Source: an uncultured Gemmatimonadaceae bacterium | Lineage (GTDB): Bacteria > Gemmatimonadota > Gemmatimonadetes > Gemmatimonadales > Gemmatimonadaceae | DNA length: 64,000 nucleotides | NCBI GenBank assembly: GCA_963781585.1 | Contig: CAWAGQ010000013.1 | Location: 256,001-320,000, forward strand | Direction: 5' to 3' | Shown here: piece after piece, positions 22,272-33,019 of the stretch | Layout: each line of letters begins with the position of its first letter | How positions within the stretch are numbered: the stretch's first letter is position 1 | Notes under the pieces: model-generated | Seen by the model: only the letters and a program-made list of their open reading frames with translations | What the model was told of the DNA's origin: nothing | Databases searched by the model: none | Made by a program: the position numbers and the translations under genes

Positions 22272-23699
22272 CTAACGTGCCGCGACCACGGGAGCGGTGC
22301 TCGCGAACTTCGTCCACGGCCCGGCCGGCATGTCACGCAGGAGCCCGGACATCCACTGGTATTCCGCGTGCTGCGCCAGAAAGGCGTCGGCCTTGAAATC
22401 GCCGCCGCACAGATGGCCGGTCGATGCCCAGAGTTGCATGCCGTCGATCATCGAGGCGTCCGCGACTTTGGCTTGCACCGTGCCGCCCGGGAAGTACGGC
22501 GCCCAGCTCCATTCCGGGATGCCGCGCGGCGAGTCCTCGACCGTGCCACAGAGACTGCGCTCGCTCGGTCCATCGCCCCTGGTGATCACGTCGTACCGGT
22601 CAGCCTCGAACTGCTTCGCGACGTCGACGTCGATCTTCCCCTTCTGCTGGGCCATCACCTGATTCCATCGGGTGTGGCGCGCATTGGGCGAGTTCCCCGT
22701 CTTCGTGTAGTCGAAGGTCGTCTCTTCCCGCGCCAGCTTGGGCTTGACCGGGAAGTTGGAGCCGACGAAGAAGCCGTTCTTCGTGCTGTCCACCGTCCAG
22801 TTCTTCAGGCCCAGCTCGAGGAGCGCGATCTCGCCGGTCTTGTTGTCGCCGATGAGCCAGTCGTTCGCATAGCCGCCGTTGTTGTGATCGGTCATGGTGC
22901 GAACGTAGTCTCCGATCGACTCGGCGTACTGCAGCGCTTTCCGCGACCGATAGAACTCGGGGGTGCCGGTGGTGTCGAAGCCGGCGAAGCCCGCGATGGT
23001 GGTTTCCGTGATCACGATGCCGGCGTCGTTCATGCCGAAGTCGTCGGCGCTCGTGATGACGCCGGGGAGTCCGTCCATCAGGATCCGGTGGCCGTGCGCC
23101 GGCTCGATGTCGAACACGATGTTCCAGCGCTCACCGGTGATGTAATCGGTCCAGGCGTTATGGCCGATCACGATCCGGTGATCGGTGGTCCAGTCGCCGG
23201 TCGCGATGAACGCGCTGCAATTGCCCGGCGCCTTGGCGCTCGCCGGCTGGCCCTGCTGTGCGTCGAGCCACGGGACGTAGTAGCCCGGCAACTCCTCGAC
23301 CGCGTTGAGCGCGACGATATCCCAGCGATCGGCGGCGACCTGGCGTGCGGCGAGGCCCTCCACGATCCCGTCGATTTCGGCCTGGTACTCGGAGTCGATA
23401 CGCGGCCAGAGCATGGTCTGCGCCGCATTTCTATAGAAGGCCCAGTCGCGGTTCGAGGTGTGCTGGAGCAGGGGCTTCTCGACCCGCAGCAGGTCCGCGA
23501 TCTCGCCGGACAGCAGGTACCCATGCTGGAATCCGATCTGCGCAGGGGTTCCGGCGAGGTGTATCTCAATCCAGCCCCCGTTGGTGGACCGCGAGCTCCC
23601 GGCGAGTCGCGGGTCGGTGGAGGAGTCCGCCTTGCGGGCACAGGCGACGATCGAAGCGAGGAGAATGGTCGCGAGAGCAAGAAGTCTGGTATGGCGCAC
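22272..23699 (-). CDS. Ntn-hydrolase lipoprotein (C45 / phospholipase B-like)
   Basis: Lipobox IVAC; GFQHGYLL; CSAFIATG nucleophile motif; NNGGYANDWL. Confidence 0.8.
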   Translation of the reverse strand: MRHTRLLALATILLASIVACARKADSSTDPRLAGSSRSTNGGWIEIHLAGTPAQIGFQHGYLLSGEIADLLRVEKPLLQHTSNRDWAFYRNAAQTMLWPRIDSEYQAEIDGIVEGLAARQVAADRWDIVALNAVEELPGYYVPWLDAQQGQPASAKAPGNCSAFIATGDWTTDHRIVIGHNAWTDYITGERWNIVFDIEPAHGHRILMDGLPGVITSADDFGMNDAGIVITETTIAGFAGFDTTGTPEFYRSRKALQYAESIGDYVRTMTDHNNGGYANDWLIGDNKTGEIALLELGLKNWTVDSTKNGFFVGSNFPVKPKLAREETTFDYTKTGNSPNARHTRWNQVMAQQKGKIDVDVAKQFEADRYDVITRGDGPSERSLCGTVEDSPRGIPEWSWAPYFPGGTVQAKVADASMIDGMQLWASTGHLCGGDFKADAFLAQHAEYQWMSGLLRDMPAGPWTKFASTAPVVAAR

Positions 23700-23786
23700 G
23701 ATGTCCTCCCCAGTGCCGGAACGGGTCATGGGTCCACCGCTTGAGAATAGTGCGGCGGCCCGGGAACGCGAGAGCCGCCGGGATAA

Positions 23787-23856
23787 TTGGGGTCAGACGC
23801 GAATGCCGGAAATTCGCGGCTGCCCCCTGATTCTCGGATTTCGAGTCTGACCCCAA
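23787..23856. repeat. Inverted pair of the GGGGTCAGACTCGA REP-like motif
   Basis: TTGGGGTCAGACGCGAA...TTCGAGTCTGACCCCAA, 16/17 complementary. Confidence 0.75.
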
Positions 23857-23924
23857 CTATGCAATTATCCCACGTGTCTGGACACGACATCGCTCACATC
23901 TCGCGCCGCACCACGCCGGGAGCG

Positions 23925-24182
23925 TCACTCGCCTCCCGGAGTGCCCTCCGCAGCCGCGCGGCGCACTCTCGCCAGCAGTTCCGCGCCGCGCCTGCCGTCG
24001 GCGGCGACGTCGACCCCGGTCAACTGGCGAGCCATCTCGGCGAGGCGGCGCAATGAGCGCACGTATGCCCGGCAGTGTCGACACATGAGCAGATGCATGC
24101 GCACGCCGACACGCTCACGCAGCGACGCGGTGGCGAGTCGGTCGGTTCCAACCAGTTCGACGACCTCTCTACACGGCAACAT
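23925..24182 (-). CDS. Zinc-finger (zf-HC2/ZAS) anti-sigma factor
   Basis: MLPCREV...HLLMCRHC (HxxxCxxC); overlaps the end of the ECF sigma gene. Confidence 0.85.
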   Translation of the reverse strand: MLPCREVVELVGTDRLATASLRERVGVRMHLLMCRHCRAYVRSLRRLAEMARQLTGVDVAADGRRGAELLARVRRAAAEGTPGGE

Positions 24183-24771
24183 CTGCGGTTCCCCGAATTC
24201 CCTTTGATTCCATGCACTCGCGCAATGCGTTCCGCGCCCGAAACAAGACAACGCCCAGGTGATTGCTGGTAAGACCGAGAATCTTACAGATCTCATCGGT
24301 ATTCAGCTGCTCGACCTCGCGCAATACGAACGCGAGCCGCCGACGGTCCGGAAGTCTATCCAGGCACTCCTCCAGCCAACTCATGGCCTGCTTGCCCATG
24401 GTGTATTCGTCCGGGGAGCGTGGCGGGCGAGACCACTGGCCATCCTGGCCGAATCGGGCCTCGAAGACGGCGTCGATATCATCCACCGCCTCTTCGCGCG
24501 CGTTCGCGCGACGGCGCTCCTGGACCTTCCTGTAGAGAATCCCGAAAAGCCAGGCCTTGACCGCAGCACGTCCGTCGTACTCGTGGGCCTTCTGAACAAA
24601 AACCATGAGCGCGTCCTGCACCACGTCCCACGCCGCGTCGTCGGAAAGTCCTGACGCGAGCGCCACGCGCCGCAGCGGCCCCAGGTTTTCGCGTGCGATC
24701 TCCTCGAGCACAGCGGGATCACGCCGACGGACGGCGTCGACCCAATCTGGTTCCTGCTGGGGAACGGACAC
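24169..24771 (-). CDS. ECF sigma-70 factor
   Basis: DVVQDA, WLFGILYRK region 2; LPDRRRLAFVLRE...EICKILG...LFRARNALRECM region 4; start uncertain. Confidence 0.88.
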   Translation of the reverse strand: MSVPQQEPDWVDAVRRRDPAVLEEIARENLGPLRRVALASGLSDDAAWDVVQDALMVFVQKAHEYDGRAAVKAWLFGILYRKVQERRRANAREEAVDDIDAVFEARFGQDGQWSRPPRSPDEYTMGKQAMSWLEECLDRLPDRRRLAFVLREVEQLNTDEICKILGLTSNHLGVVLFRARNALRECMESKGIRGTADVAV

Positions 24772-24893
24772 GACCGGAAGGTGAGCGAGGGACGTGTGTA
24801 ATGCCACGCTCCCACGGTGCAATTACTGTCGTCCATGTCGCGCGAGCACTACTGCGCGACGCAGCACCACTGGAAATGCGCGGAGGAGTGCAT

Positions 24894-25337
24894 ATGTCTG
24901 GAAGAATTCGCCTCGGAACCATTGCCGGCGTCGGCGGTGGAGTGGTGTTTGGAATGTTGATGGCAATGATGGGCATGTTGCCCACGATCGCCGGGATGGT
25001 GGGATCCACCTCGGCCGTGGTGGGATTCCTGATTCACCTCATCATCAGCGCTATCATCGGTGCGGGATTTGGCCTCGTGTTCGGCAGGGCGGCGGGCTCG
25101 GTCCCAGGCGCGTTGACTGCCGGTGCCGCGTACGGCGTGATCTGGTGGGTCCTCGGCCCGCTCACGCTCATGCCCCTGATGATGGGGATGGGTCTGGGTT
25201 CGCAGTGGAACAGCGCCGCGATCGCGAACGCCATGCCGAGTCTCATGGGCCACGTGATCTACGGACTTGTCACCGGATTCATCTACCTGAAGCTACCCTA
25301 CCGCCACTTGCACAATGCTGCCGTGCGGACCGCCTGA
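24894..25337 (+). CDS. Met/His-rich four-TM membrane protein
   Basis: GGVVFGMLMAMMGML, GFLIHLIISA, WWVLGPLTLMP, SLMGHVIYG; RBS GGAGG. Confidence 0.7.
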   Translation: MSGRIRLGTIAGVGGGVVFGMLMAMMGMLPTIAGMVGSTSAVVGFLIHLIISAIIGAGFGLVFGRAAGSVPGALTAGAAYGVIWWVLGPLTLMPLMMGMGLGSQWNSAAIANAMPSLMGHVIYGLVTGFIYLKLPYRHLHNAAVRTA

Positions 25338-25535
25338 GCCGCAAATGTGCCCCCGCATGGCGCTACAATGCGGGGGCCTCGCGCCCCGTTGCTCCCGTCG
25401 GGGCGACCTCGAGACCGAACGAGGTCTGTCCACCAGTGACAGACGCAATGAGATCCGACGGACAAGGCTCTCCCGAAGACTACGTTGCGGGATGCGGTAA
25501 CCTGCGGTGGAGCAGCAGGCCAGCGGCTTACCGGA

Positions 25536-28337
25536 CTACCCGCCAGTGCGGGCCGGATCCTTGTGCACGACGAGCGTCGCGGTGCGCTCCTCGCCGTCGA
25601 CGTTGAGCCTCACCGTGTAGATCCCCGGCGGCACGAGTGGCATCGCGTTACCGCGCCCCCCACCGCCTCCACCAGAACCCGCACCACCGGCGCGGCCGCC
25701 ACCTCCCGCACCCGCGCCGCGTCCACGAGCCACGGCCGCCGAATCGCGCGGCGGCGGCGCGCGGAGATTCCACCACACCCGGTTGATGCCCGCCTCCGCG
25801 GGACCGGCAAGCGTCCGGATTGTCGTTCCCTTGTAATCATCGATCGTCAGGCGCGCGCTGTCCCGCGACGACGCGCTCACGTAGTAGCTGATCGCCGCGC
25901 CATAGGGCGAATTGTGTCCCGCGTGCGACGGCGTATCGAACTCGGTCGCAAAACTCTCGGTGGTGGTCGGCGGTCGGAGCTCGTACTCGTAGGCCGGCCT
26001 CGGATCGAACAGGTGCGCGCGTTCGGCGAGCACCTGCGGCGTGAGTTGCTGCAAGGGCGCGATGTCGTCGAGAATCCAGAACCCGCGGCCCCAGGTCGCG
26101 ACCACCAGGTCGTCGAAGTCCTCCTGCACGACAATCCACGCGATGGGGGTGTGTGGCAGGTTGTTCTGGAGTGATAGCCAGTGCGCGCCCTCGTCCACGG
26201 TCACGTACAGCCCGTTTTCGGTGCCGAGGTAGAGCATGCCCGCCCGGCGCGGGTCTTCCGTGACCACGCGCGCGTACGCGAAGACGTCCTGTGGGATCCC
26301 CGCGCCGATCGACTTCCACGTCTGTCCATAATCCTTCGTCACGTACACGTAGGTGGTGTTGTCCACGGCGCGGTGGCGATCGACCGAGAGGTACGCGGTG
26401 CCCGCGGCATGGCGCGATGGCTCCACGCACCAAACGAACCCCCAGGGCGGGAGACCCGCGATGTTCGCCGTGACATTGGTCCAATGCCCGCCTCCGTCAC
26501 GCGTCACGCTCACCACGCCGTCGTTGCTCCCGGTCCAGATCACGCCCCGCTCGATAGGCGATTCGGAGATCGCGATCAGCGTGCCCGGGACATCCTGTGT
26601 CTCGGGCCAGATTCCGGGAGGGACAATCTGTTTGCTCTTGTCGTTGGTGGTGAGGTCGGGGGAGATCTGCCGCCATGTCTGGCCGCCGTCGTCGCTCTCG
26701 TGCACGAACTGGCTGCCCGCGTAGATGCGGTGCGGATCGTGGGGCGACATCGCGAGTGGGATGGCCCAGTTGCGCCGGAACGGCCGATCAGCGACCGACG
26801 CGCCGCGTCCGCCACCGCCACCGCCACCGCCACCGCCACCGCCACCACCGCCCCCGCGCCCCGATGGCCACGGCCCAGTGCCGAGGTTGAGGCCCGTGCG
26901 CATATCCATGTGCTCGACGTTGTTCGACGTACTGGCCCACACGATGTTGTCGTCCAATGCGTCGGGGATGACCCATCCGCTTTCCGCGCCGATCGTCCAG
27001 ACCCACAGGTCGGGCGGAATGATGCCGGTCCCGTCCGGCAGCGACGGCACACCGCTGCTCTGGATCAGGCTGTTGCTCGGGCCGCGATACGAGGGGCCGT
27101 CCTGGCGGCTCCCGTACACGTTGTACGGATTGCGGCGATCCACCGCCACGCGGTTCACCTGCGCGTTAGGCAGGGAGATGTGGAACCACGAGCGTCCGCG
27201 GTTGGACGAGATGTTCACGTACCGGTCGTTGGCCACCAGGATGCGATTGGCGTTGGTGGGATCGAACCAGACGTCGTGGTGGTCGGGGAAGTTCTCGGGG
27301 ATGATCGTGGTTGTCTTGCCGCCGTCGGTCGAGTGATAGAGAGCCTGGGCGAGGAAGTAGACGTCGTCGGCATTGTCGGGCGAGACGCCCAGCCGACCGA
27401 AGTAGCGCGCGCGGCGGTTGATTGCCGCATCCTTGCTTGCGACGACCCAGTTGTCACCGCCGTCGTCCGAGCGCCAGAGGTTGCCCTGGTCCGCTGTTTC
27501 CACCAACGCATACACCCGCTTCGCATTGCTCGGCGCCATGCCGATCGTGATGCGGCCGAGCGGCGGGTGGGGAAGACCGTGTCCTTCGAGGCGACGCCAG
27601 GTGGTACCGCCGTCGCGCGACATGTAGATGCCGCTCCCCGGGCCACCGCTCTCGCTGTACCACGAATGAATGACCAGTTGCCAGGTGGCCGCGAAGACCA
27701 CCTGCGGGTTCACCGGGTCCACGATGACGTCGATCGCTCCCGTGTTCTCGTCGACGAACAGCACGCGCTTCCACGTGCGGCCACCGTCGGTAGTGCGGAA
27801 TACGCCGCGCTGTTGCTGAGGGCCGTAGCAATGGCCCATGGCAGCGACGAAGACGGTGTTGGCGTTGCGCGGATCGATCACCACACGACCGATACGGCCC
27901 GTGCTGTCGAGCCCCATATGCGTCCACGTCTTTCCCGCGTCGGTGGATCGGTACACACCGTTACCGATTTCGATGTTCGGGCGGATGTTCGGATCACCGG
28001 TGCCGGCCCACACTACGCCCGGATTCGAGCGCGAAACCGCGAGCGCACCGATCGACGCCACGATCTGTCCGTCGAAGACCGGTCGCCAGTGGAGACCGGC
28101 ATCGTCGCTCTTGAAGATCCCGCCCGACGGCGTCCCGGCGTACACCACGTTCGGATCGCCCGCCACGCCGGCGACCGCGTTCACGCGATTGCCGGGTGGG
28201 CCGATGTAGCGATACTGGAGCGCCTGGTACGCAGCCGGGCTGAGTGACTGGGCCGCGACGGTGGTGGCGACAAGCGTGGCGCAGATGACTGCCAGCGATG
28301 TGGTCGTCGTTCGAATGCCGTGGGATGAGCGCGCCAT
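25536..28337 (-). CDS. VPS10/BNR-repeat glycosyl hydrolase-like secreted protein
   Basis: Repeated SxDGGxTW (BNR/Asp-box) motifs; ISPDLTTND. Confidence 0.85.
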   Translation of the reverse strand: MARSSHGIRTTTTSLAVICATLVATTVAAQSLSPAAYQALQYRYIGPPGNRVNAVAGVAGDPNVVYAGTPSGGIFKSDDAGLHWRPVFDGQIVASIGALAVSRSNPGVVWAGTGDPNIRPNIEIGNGVYRSTDAGKTWTHMGLDSTGRIGRVVIDPRNANTVFVAAMGHCYGPQQQRGVFRTTDGGRTWKRVLFVDENTGAIDVIVDPVNPQVVFAATWQLVIHSWYSESGGPGSGIYMSRDGGTTWRRLEGHGLPHPPLGRITIGMAPSNAKRVYALVETADQGNLWRSDDGGDNWVVASKDAAINRRARYFGRLGVSPDNADDVYFLAQALYHSTDGGKTTTIIPENFPDHHDVWFDPTNANRILVANDRYVNISSNRGRSWFHISLPNAQVNRVAVDRRNPYNVYGSRQDGPSYRGPSNSLIQSSGVPSLPDGTGIIPPDLWVWTIGAESGWVIPDALDDNIVWASTSNNVEHMDMRTGLNLGTGPWPSGRGGGGGGGGGGGGGGGGRGASVADRPFRRNWAIPLAMSPHDPHRIYAGSQFVHESDDGGQTWRQISPDLTTNDKSKQIVPPGIWPETQDVPGTLIAISESPIERGVIWTGSNDGVVSVTRDGGGHWTNVTANIAGLPPWGFVWCVEPSRHAAGTAYLSVDRHRAVDNTTYVYVTKDYGQTWKSIGAGIPQDVFAYARVVTEDPRRAGMLYLGTENGLYVTVDEGAHWLSLQNNLPHTPIAWIVVQEDFDDLVVATWGRGFWILDDIAPLQQLTPQVLAERAHLFDPRPAYEYELRPPTTTESFATEFDTPSHAGHNSPYGAAISYYVSASSRDSARLTIDDYKGTTIRTLAGPAEAGINRVWWNLRAPPPRDSAAVARGRGAGAGGGGRAGGAGSGGGGGGRGNAMPLVPPGIYTVRLNVDGEERTATLVVHKDPARTGG

Positions 28338-28506
28338 AGGTGTGCTCCGAAGGAATCCTCGGGAATCTGAGCCGCGGAATCCCTGACGCCAGACAACCGT
28401 GGTGCAGGGGAGAGCCGGGCGCGGCGGTCATCCCCGGCCGCGCCTTCGTGCCGGCGCAGACGACAGTCCGGAAACTGCGTGATTCCGGCGCGTGCCCACA
28501 CGGCGC

Positions 28507-28893
28507 TCAGCTCATTCGGTCAGCCAGCGCTTCCTTCACCTCGTCGGTCGCCTTGAAGATGCCGTGCACTTTCACCGACTCGATCGTGGCCCGCGCCAGC
28601 TGCGGCGGTACGTCACTGGCAATCGCCAGCAACCCTACGACGTGCAGTGAGAGTCGCTCGTTCGCGTCGCGACTTCGTTCCAGGGCCTTGCGTCCATAGC
28701 TCAGCGCCCCGACGACTGCGGCATGGCGCACCGCGGTCTCACGGACAACATCGGCATGCTTGGCGAGCTGGTCGTGGATGGCGACCCGAATGAACTCGCT
28801 GCGGTTGGCGTAGAACCCCTGCTCGACCAGCAGCTCGATCTGCCCCAGGTCGACCGCACTGAGGTTGGTCGTGAGCTTCTCCATCTCCGGCAT
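28507..28893 (-). CDS. CopG/ribbon-helix-helix regulator
   Basis: EKLTTNLSAVDLGQIELLVEQGFYANRSEFIRVAI RHH pattern. Confidence 0.8.
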   Translation of the reverse strand: MPEMEKLTTNLSAVDLGQIELLVEQGFYANRSEFIRVAIHDQLAKHADVVRETAVRHAAVVGALSYGRKALERSRDANERLSLHVVGLLAIASDVPPQLARATIESVKVHGIFKATDEVKEALADRMS

Positions 28894-29046
28894 GGTGGCC
28901 CTCCGGTTGGATTCCCATCACCATCCGTATGGATGGTGCAGGGAATCTCGCAATCGTGGCGCCGGTTGTCAACGGGGCCGCATCCTACTTCACTCCCTCA
29001 CGTCGGACGAGAGAGGATTGCCGCCCCTGAGATCCGACCCGCGATC

Positions 29047-32000
29047 CTACGGCACGACCCGGATCGGCGGCGCGAGAATCCTCGGCATTCCCGCGAGCAG
29101 TGTGTTGATCTTCGCGATCCGGCCGGCCACCAGTGCATCAAGCCGCGCCTGCGCCTGATCGGTCTCCGTCTTGAGCTCACCGGCGCGCAAGGTTTCGCCC
29201 GCAGTCGGCGCGCGGGCCCCACGCGACGCCATACCCGTCACGGACTGCACCTCCTCGCGCAGCCGCGGATACTGCCGGTAGCCAAGCCCCGCCAAGGGAC
29301 GCGCGAGCACCGAATCGCGGAAGTGTGTGAGGTCGCCCAAGGCACCGGTGATCTCGGTGAGTGCCGCCGGAATCGACTTGTTGGCGCTGTCGGGTGCGCT
29401 CTCCAGCGCCGCCTGCGTTGCCGTGAGCTGGCGCGCGAGATCGTCGATCGCGTTGATGATGTTGTTCACGCGGACACCGAGATCCTGCAGCTGGCGCGCG
29501 GCCGCAATCTGCTGGGTCAGCGCCGCGGGCGTGGTCTCGAAGCGCGGATCGCCCTCGACGGTCAGGTCTTTCGAGATCCGTTGCGATCCGGCGGCGAGCG
29601 TGACGGTGTAATCGCCCGGGAGCACGTCGATGCCGCCCCCGCCGCGTCCACCCCGCCCACCGCGCCCGCCGGGTGCCGGCTCGGCTTCGCCGCCTCCCGC
29701 GGCCCCACCCCTGCCAGCTCCCGCGGCACCACCGGCGCCGGCCGCACGGCCCGCCGGCGCACCGGCACCGCCGCCGCGCGCCCCGCGGCCGCCGCGACCT
29801 CCGCGGCCGCCCGCCGCGACAACCGGGGCTTCGTAACTGAGGTTCCACGTCACCCGATTCAGCCCGGCCTGGCCGGGGGCGTTCAGACGATCCACGACGC
29901 GCCCGCCGTTCTTCTCCGCCACCGTGATCGACGCGCGCTGCGGCGACTTCAGGTAATAGGTGATGATCGCGCCGTTGGGCGGATTCTCGCCGCGCCACAC
30001 CTTCTGTCCGGCGTTGCCCTCGCGATTCCACAGATTCCAGTTCGTCGCGGTCCGCAGGTCGAACAACGTCGCTTCGCTCGCCACTGCCGCATTCAGATTC
30101 TGGAGCCACGCGATGTCGTCCAGGATGTAGAGACCGCGTCCGTGCGTCGCCATCAGCAGGTCGTTCTCGCGCGGGTGCACCTGGAGGTCCCGCACCTGGA
30201 GCACCGGCAGGTCACCGCGCAGCGAGTACCAGTGCGCGCCGCGGTCCCATGACGCCCAGGCGCCCATCTCGGTGCCGATGTACAGCAGGTTCCGGTTTCG
30301 GCGATCTTCCCGCACCACGTGGACCCACGCCGTCGACTGCGGCAGGTCGCCCATGATTGGTTTCCACGTCCGGCCGAAATCCGTCGTCATGTACGCGTAC
30401 GGCGAATAGTCGTCGTCCTGGTGGTGATCGGCGGCGACGTATGCCGTGCCCGGGTCAAAGTGCGATGCCTCGACGGTCGGGATCCAGGCGTTCGGCTTCA
30501 GCCCCGGCACGTTGGTGAACACGTTCGACCAGGTCTTCCCCCCGTCACGCGTCACCTGGACGTTGCCGTCGTCGGTGCCCACCCAGATGAGATTCGGGTC
30601 GAGATCGGAGACGGCAATCGAGATGATCGTGCAGTAGAACTCGGCCGCCGTGTTGTCCACGACGATCGGACCGCCTGACGACTGCTGCTTGGCCGGATCG
30701 TTCGTGGTGAGGTCGGGCGAGATCACCTGCCACGACTGGCCGCGATTGGTGCTCTTGAACAGCACGTTGCCGCCGAAGTACACGGCGCCCGGTTCCTTCA
30801 CCGACACCGCGATCGGGGAATTCCAGTTGAAGCGGTACTTGTGGCCGATCATCGCGTCGCCTACGGAACCGACGCGATTGGGATACGGGTAGATCTGCTT
30901 CTGGATGCCCGACCGCAGGTCGGTCACGTAGATCATGCCGCCCTGCGCGTCGGAGTACACGACGTTGGAATCGGCGAGGTCCGTAACGCCCTCGAAGCCG
31001 TCGCCGCCCGAGATCGTGAACCAGTCGGTCTTGCCGATGCCGCCGTACACGCCGAGGCTTGGCCCGCACCACGTGCCGTTGTCCTGCAGCCCACCGCAGA
31101 CCATGTACGGCTTCCGCATGTCGTAGTTGATGTGGTAGAACTGGGTGAACGGGAACGTGTTTTCCACCTCCCACGTGCGGCCGCCGTCGAAACTCTTCTG
31201 CCACCCGCCGTCGGATCCCTCGAGGATGCGCTTCGGGTCGGCGGGATCGATCCACATCGCCTGGTGGTCGCCGTGGACGCCCTGCGCGATCGTCCGGAAG
31301 TTCGCGCCGCCGTCCTCCGACAGGTTCAGGGAGCCCGACAGGGAGAAGATCCGGTTCGCGTTGGAGGGGTCGACGCGGATGTCGGAGTAGTAGAACGGCC
31401 GGAAGTTGATGTTGGGGTCGCGGTTGACCGTGCGCCACGCCTCGCCGGCGTCGTCGCTGCGCCAGAGCTCCCCTTCGGTCTTCGTCTCGCTCACCACGTA
31501 GACCACGTCGGGGTCGCTCGCGGCGACCGCAATGCCGATACGGTCCATGTCGCCGCGGGGAAGGCCGCGCCGCACGTTCGCGCCCGAGAGTCGCTCCCAG
31601 CTGTCGCCGCCGTTCACCGACTTGTAGACCGCCGTGTTGCCGCCGCCCGACTCCAGGTGCCAGGCCCAGCGGCGGTAGGTGTACATGCCGGCGTAAACGA
31701 TGTTGAAGTTGTGCGGATCGACGGCCACGTCGGAGCAGGCGGTCTGCGGGTCGACGTACAGGACCTTCTTCCACGTCCGGCCGCCGTCGGTCGTCTTGAA
31801 GACGCCGCGCTGCTCGTTAGGTCCCCACTCCCGGCCGAGCCCGCAGACGTAGACCTGCTCCGGGTCGCGGGGATTCACCACGATCCGCGCGATCTTGTCG
31901 GACTGCTCGAGACCGATCTTCGTCCAGTGGTCGCCGGCATCGATCGACTTGTACATGCCGTTGCCGACCGAGGCGTTGTTGCGCGGGTTCTCTTCGCCGG

Positions 32001-32349
32001 TGCCGACGTAGATGACGTTCGGATCGCTCGGCGCGATCGCGATCGCGCCGATCGAGGAGATGTCCTGGTCGTCGAAGATCGGACGAAAGGTGACGCCGCC
32101 GTTGGTCGTCCGGATGATGCCGCCGTTGGCGCCGGCCACGTAGTAGGTCGAGGGATCGCCCGGCACCCCGGCCACCACCGAGACGCGACCGGCGTTGTTG
32201 GCCGGGCCGACGGAGCGCCAGTCGATCGCCCGCAGCGCGGAAGCGATGGGATCGGAGGGCGGCGCGGCCGGCCGGGCCACCTGCTGGGCGCCGGCGGCGG
32301 CGGACGCCGCGAGAGCAAGCGCGGCGAGGCAACGGGCGGAAGGACGCAT
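29047..32349 (-). CDS. VPS10/BNR-repeat glycosyl hydrolase-like secreted protein
   Basis: WRSVGPANNAGRV, multiple Asp-boxes, GGLQDNG, YRFNWNSP; start MRPSAR. Confidence 0.87.
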   Translation of the reverse strand: MRPSARCLAALALAASAAAGAQQVARPAAPPSDPIASALRAIDWRSVGPANNAGRVSVVAGVPGDPSTYYVAGANGGIIRTTNGGVTFRPIFDDQDISSIGAIAIAPSDPNVIYVGTGEENPRNNASVGNGMYKSIDAGDHWTKIGLEQSDKIARIVVNPRDPEQVYVCGLGREWGPNEQRGVFKTTDGGRTWKKVLYVDPQTACSDVAVDPHNFNIVYAGMYTYRRWAWHLESGGGNTAVYKSVNGGDSWERLSGANVRRGLPRGDMDRIGIAVAASDPDVVYVVSETKTEGELWRSDDAGEAWRTVNRDPNINFRPFYYSDIRVDPSNANRIFSLSGSLNLSEDGGANFRTIAQGVHGDHQAMWIDPADPKRILEGSDGGWQKSFDGGRTWEVENTFPFTQFYHINYDMRKPYMVCGGLQDNGTWCGPSLGVYGGIGKTDWFTISGGDGFEGVTDLADSNVVYSDAQGGMIYVTDLRSGIQKQIYPYPNRVGSVGDAMIGHKYRFNWNSPIAVSVKEPGAVYFGGNVLFKSTNRGQSWQVISPDLTTNDPAKQQSSGGPIVVDNTAAEFYCTIISIAVSDLDPNLIWVGTDDGNVQVTRDGGKTWSNVFTNVPGLKPNAWIPTVEASHFDPGTAYVAADHHQDDDYSPYAYMTTDFGRTWKPIMGDLPQSTAWVHVVREDRRNRNLLYIGTEMGAWASWDRGAHWYSLRGDLPVLQVRDLQVHPRENDLLMATHGRGLYILDDIAWLQNLNAAVASEATLFDLRTATNWNLWNREGNAGQKVWRGENPPNGAIITYYLKSPQRASITVAEKNGGRVVDRLNAPGQAGLNRVTWNLSYEAPVVAAGGRGGRGGRGARGGGAGAPAGRAAGAGGAAGAGRGGAAGGGEAEPAPGGRGGRGGRGGGGIDVLPGDYTVTLAAGSQRISKDLTVEGDPRFETTPAALTQQIAAARQLQDLGVRVNNIINAIDDLARQLTATQAALESAPDSANKSIPAALTEITGALGDLTHFRDSVLARPLAGLGYRQYPRLREEVQSVTGMASRGARAPTAGETLRAGELKTETDQAQARLDALVAGRIAKINTLLAGMPRILAPPIRVVP

Positions 32350-32591
32350 CTGTCGAAATCCCCGGAAAGAGGCTGAAGCGTGGCGTGCGGACGCGAAAAC
32401 GGCCGCAACAATATGATAGGGCAGTGTTCCCACGAAGCCAGACGGGAGGAAACACCTGCATGCCAGCGGCGGGGGGACCGGGACGCGTACTGGTCCGCGA
32501 TCAGCGCGGCCCATGGATGGCTCGGGAGGCACCCGCCTCCGCGGCTCCTCGCCGACGTGACGCGCGCCCTCAAGCAGGATCATATTCAGGC

Positions 32592-33011
32592 GTGACGTCC
32601 ACGTCCGCCGGGTATTCCGGCACGCCCCTGGCCGCCAAGCTCGGCATCAAACCGGGATTCCGGGTCAAGGTGAAGAACGCGCCGACGAACTACCAGGCGC
32701 TGCTGCGTCCGCTGCCTAACGACGTCCAGATCTCTCCGCGCCTCAAGGCCCCGGTGCAGCTCTGGCATCTGTTCGTGCGGTCGCGCGCGGAGCTCGCTCG
32801 GCATCTGCATCGGGCGCTGCGCGAGATGGCACCCGGCGGGATGATCTGGATCTCGTGGCCGAAGAAGGCCTCCGGGGTGAAGACGGACATGACCGAGGAT
32901 GCGGTCCGGGCGGCGGCGCTGCCGATCGGCCTGGTGGACGTCAAGGTCTGCGCGGTGGATGAAACGTGGTCGGGGCTCAAACTCGTCAGGCGCAGGGGCG
33001 TGCGAGCCTGA
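32592..33011 (+). CDS. DUF3052-family protein
   Basis: AGYSGTPLAAKLGIK...IWISWPKKASG...GLVDVKVCAVDETWSGLKLV. Confidence 0.8.
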   Translation: MTSTSAGYSGTPLAAKLGIKPGFRVKVKNAPTNYQALLRPLPNDVQISPRLKAPVQLWHLFVRSRAELARHLHRALREMAPGGMIWISWPKKASGVKTDMTEDAVRAAALPIGLVDVKVCAVDETWSGLKLVRRRGVRA

Positions 33012-33019
33012 GCCGGGGC

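Noticed and set aside
26808..26856. (CCACCG)n tandem repeat as a contingency locus
   Set aside because: In-frame hexamer encoding a poly-Gly linker; length changes would not shift the frame
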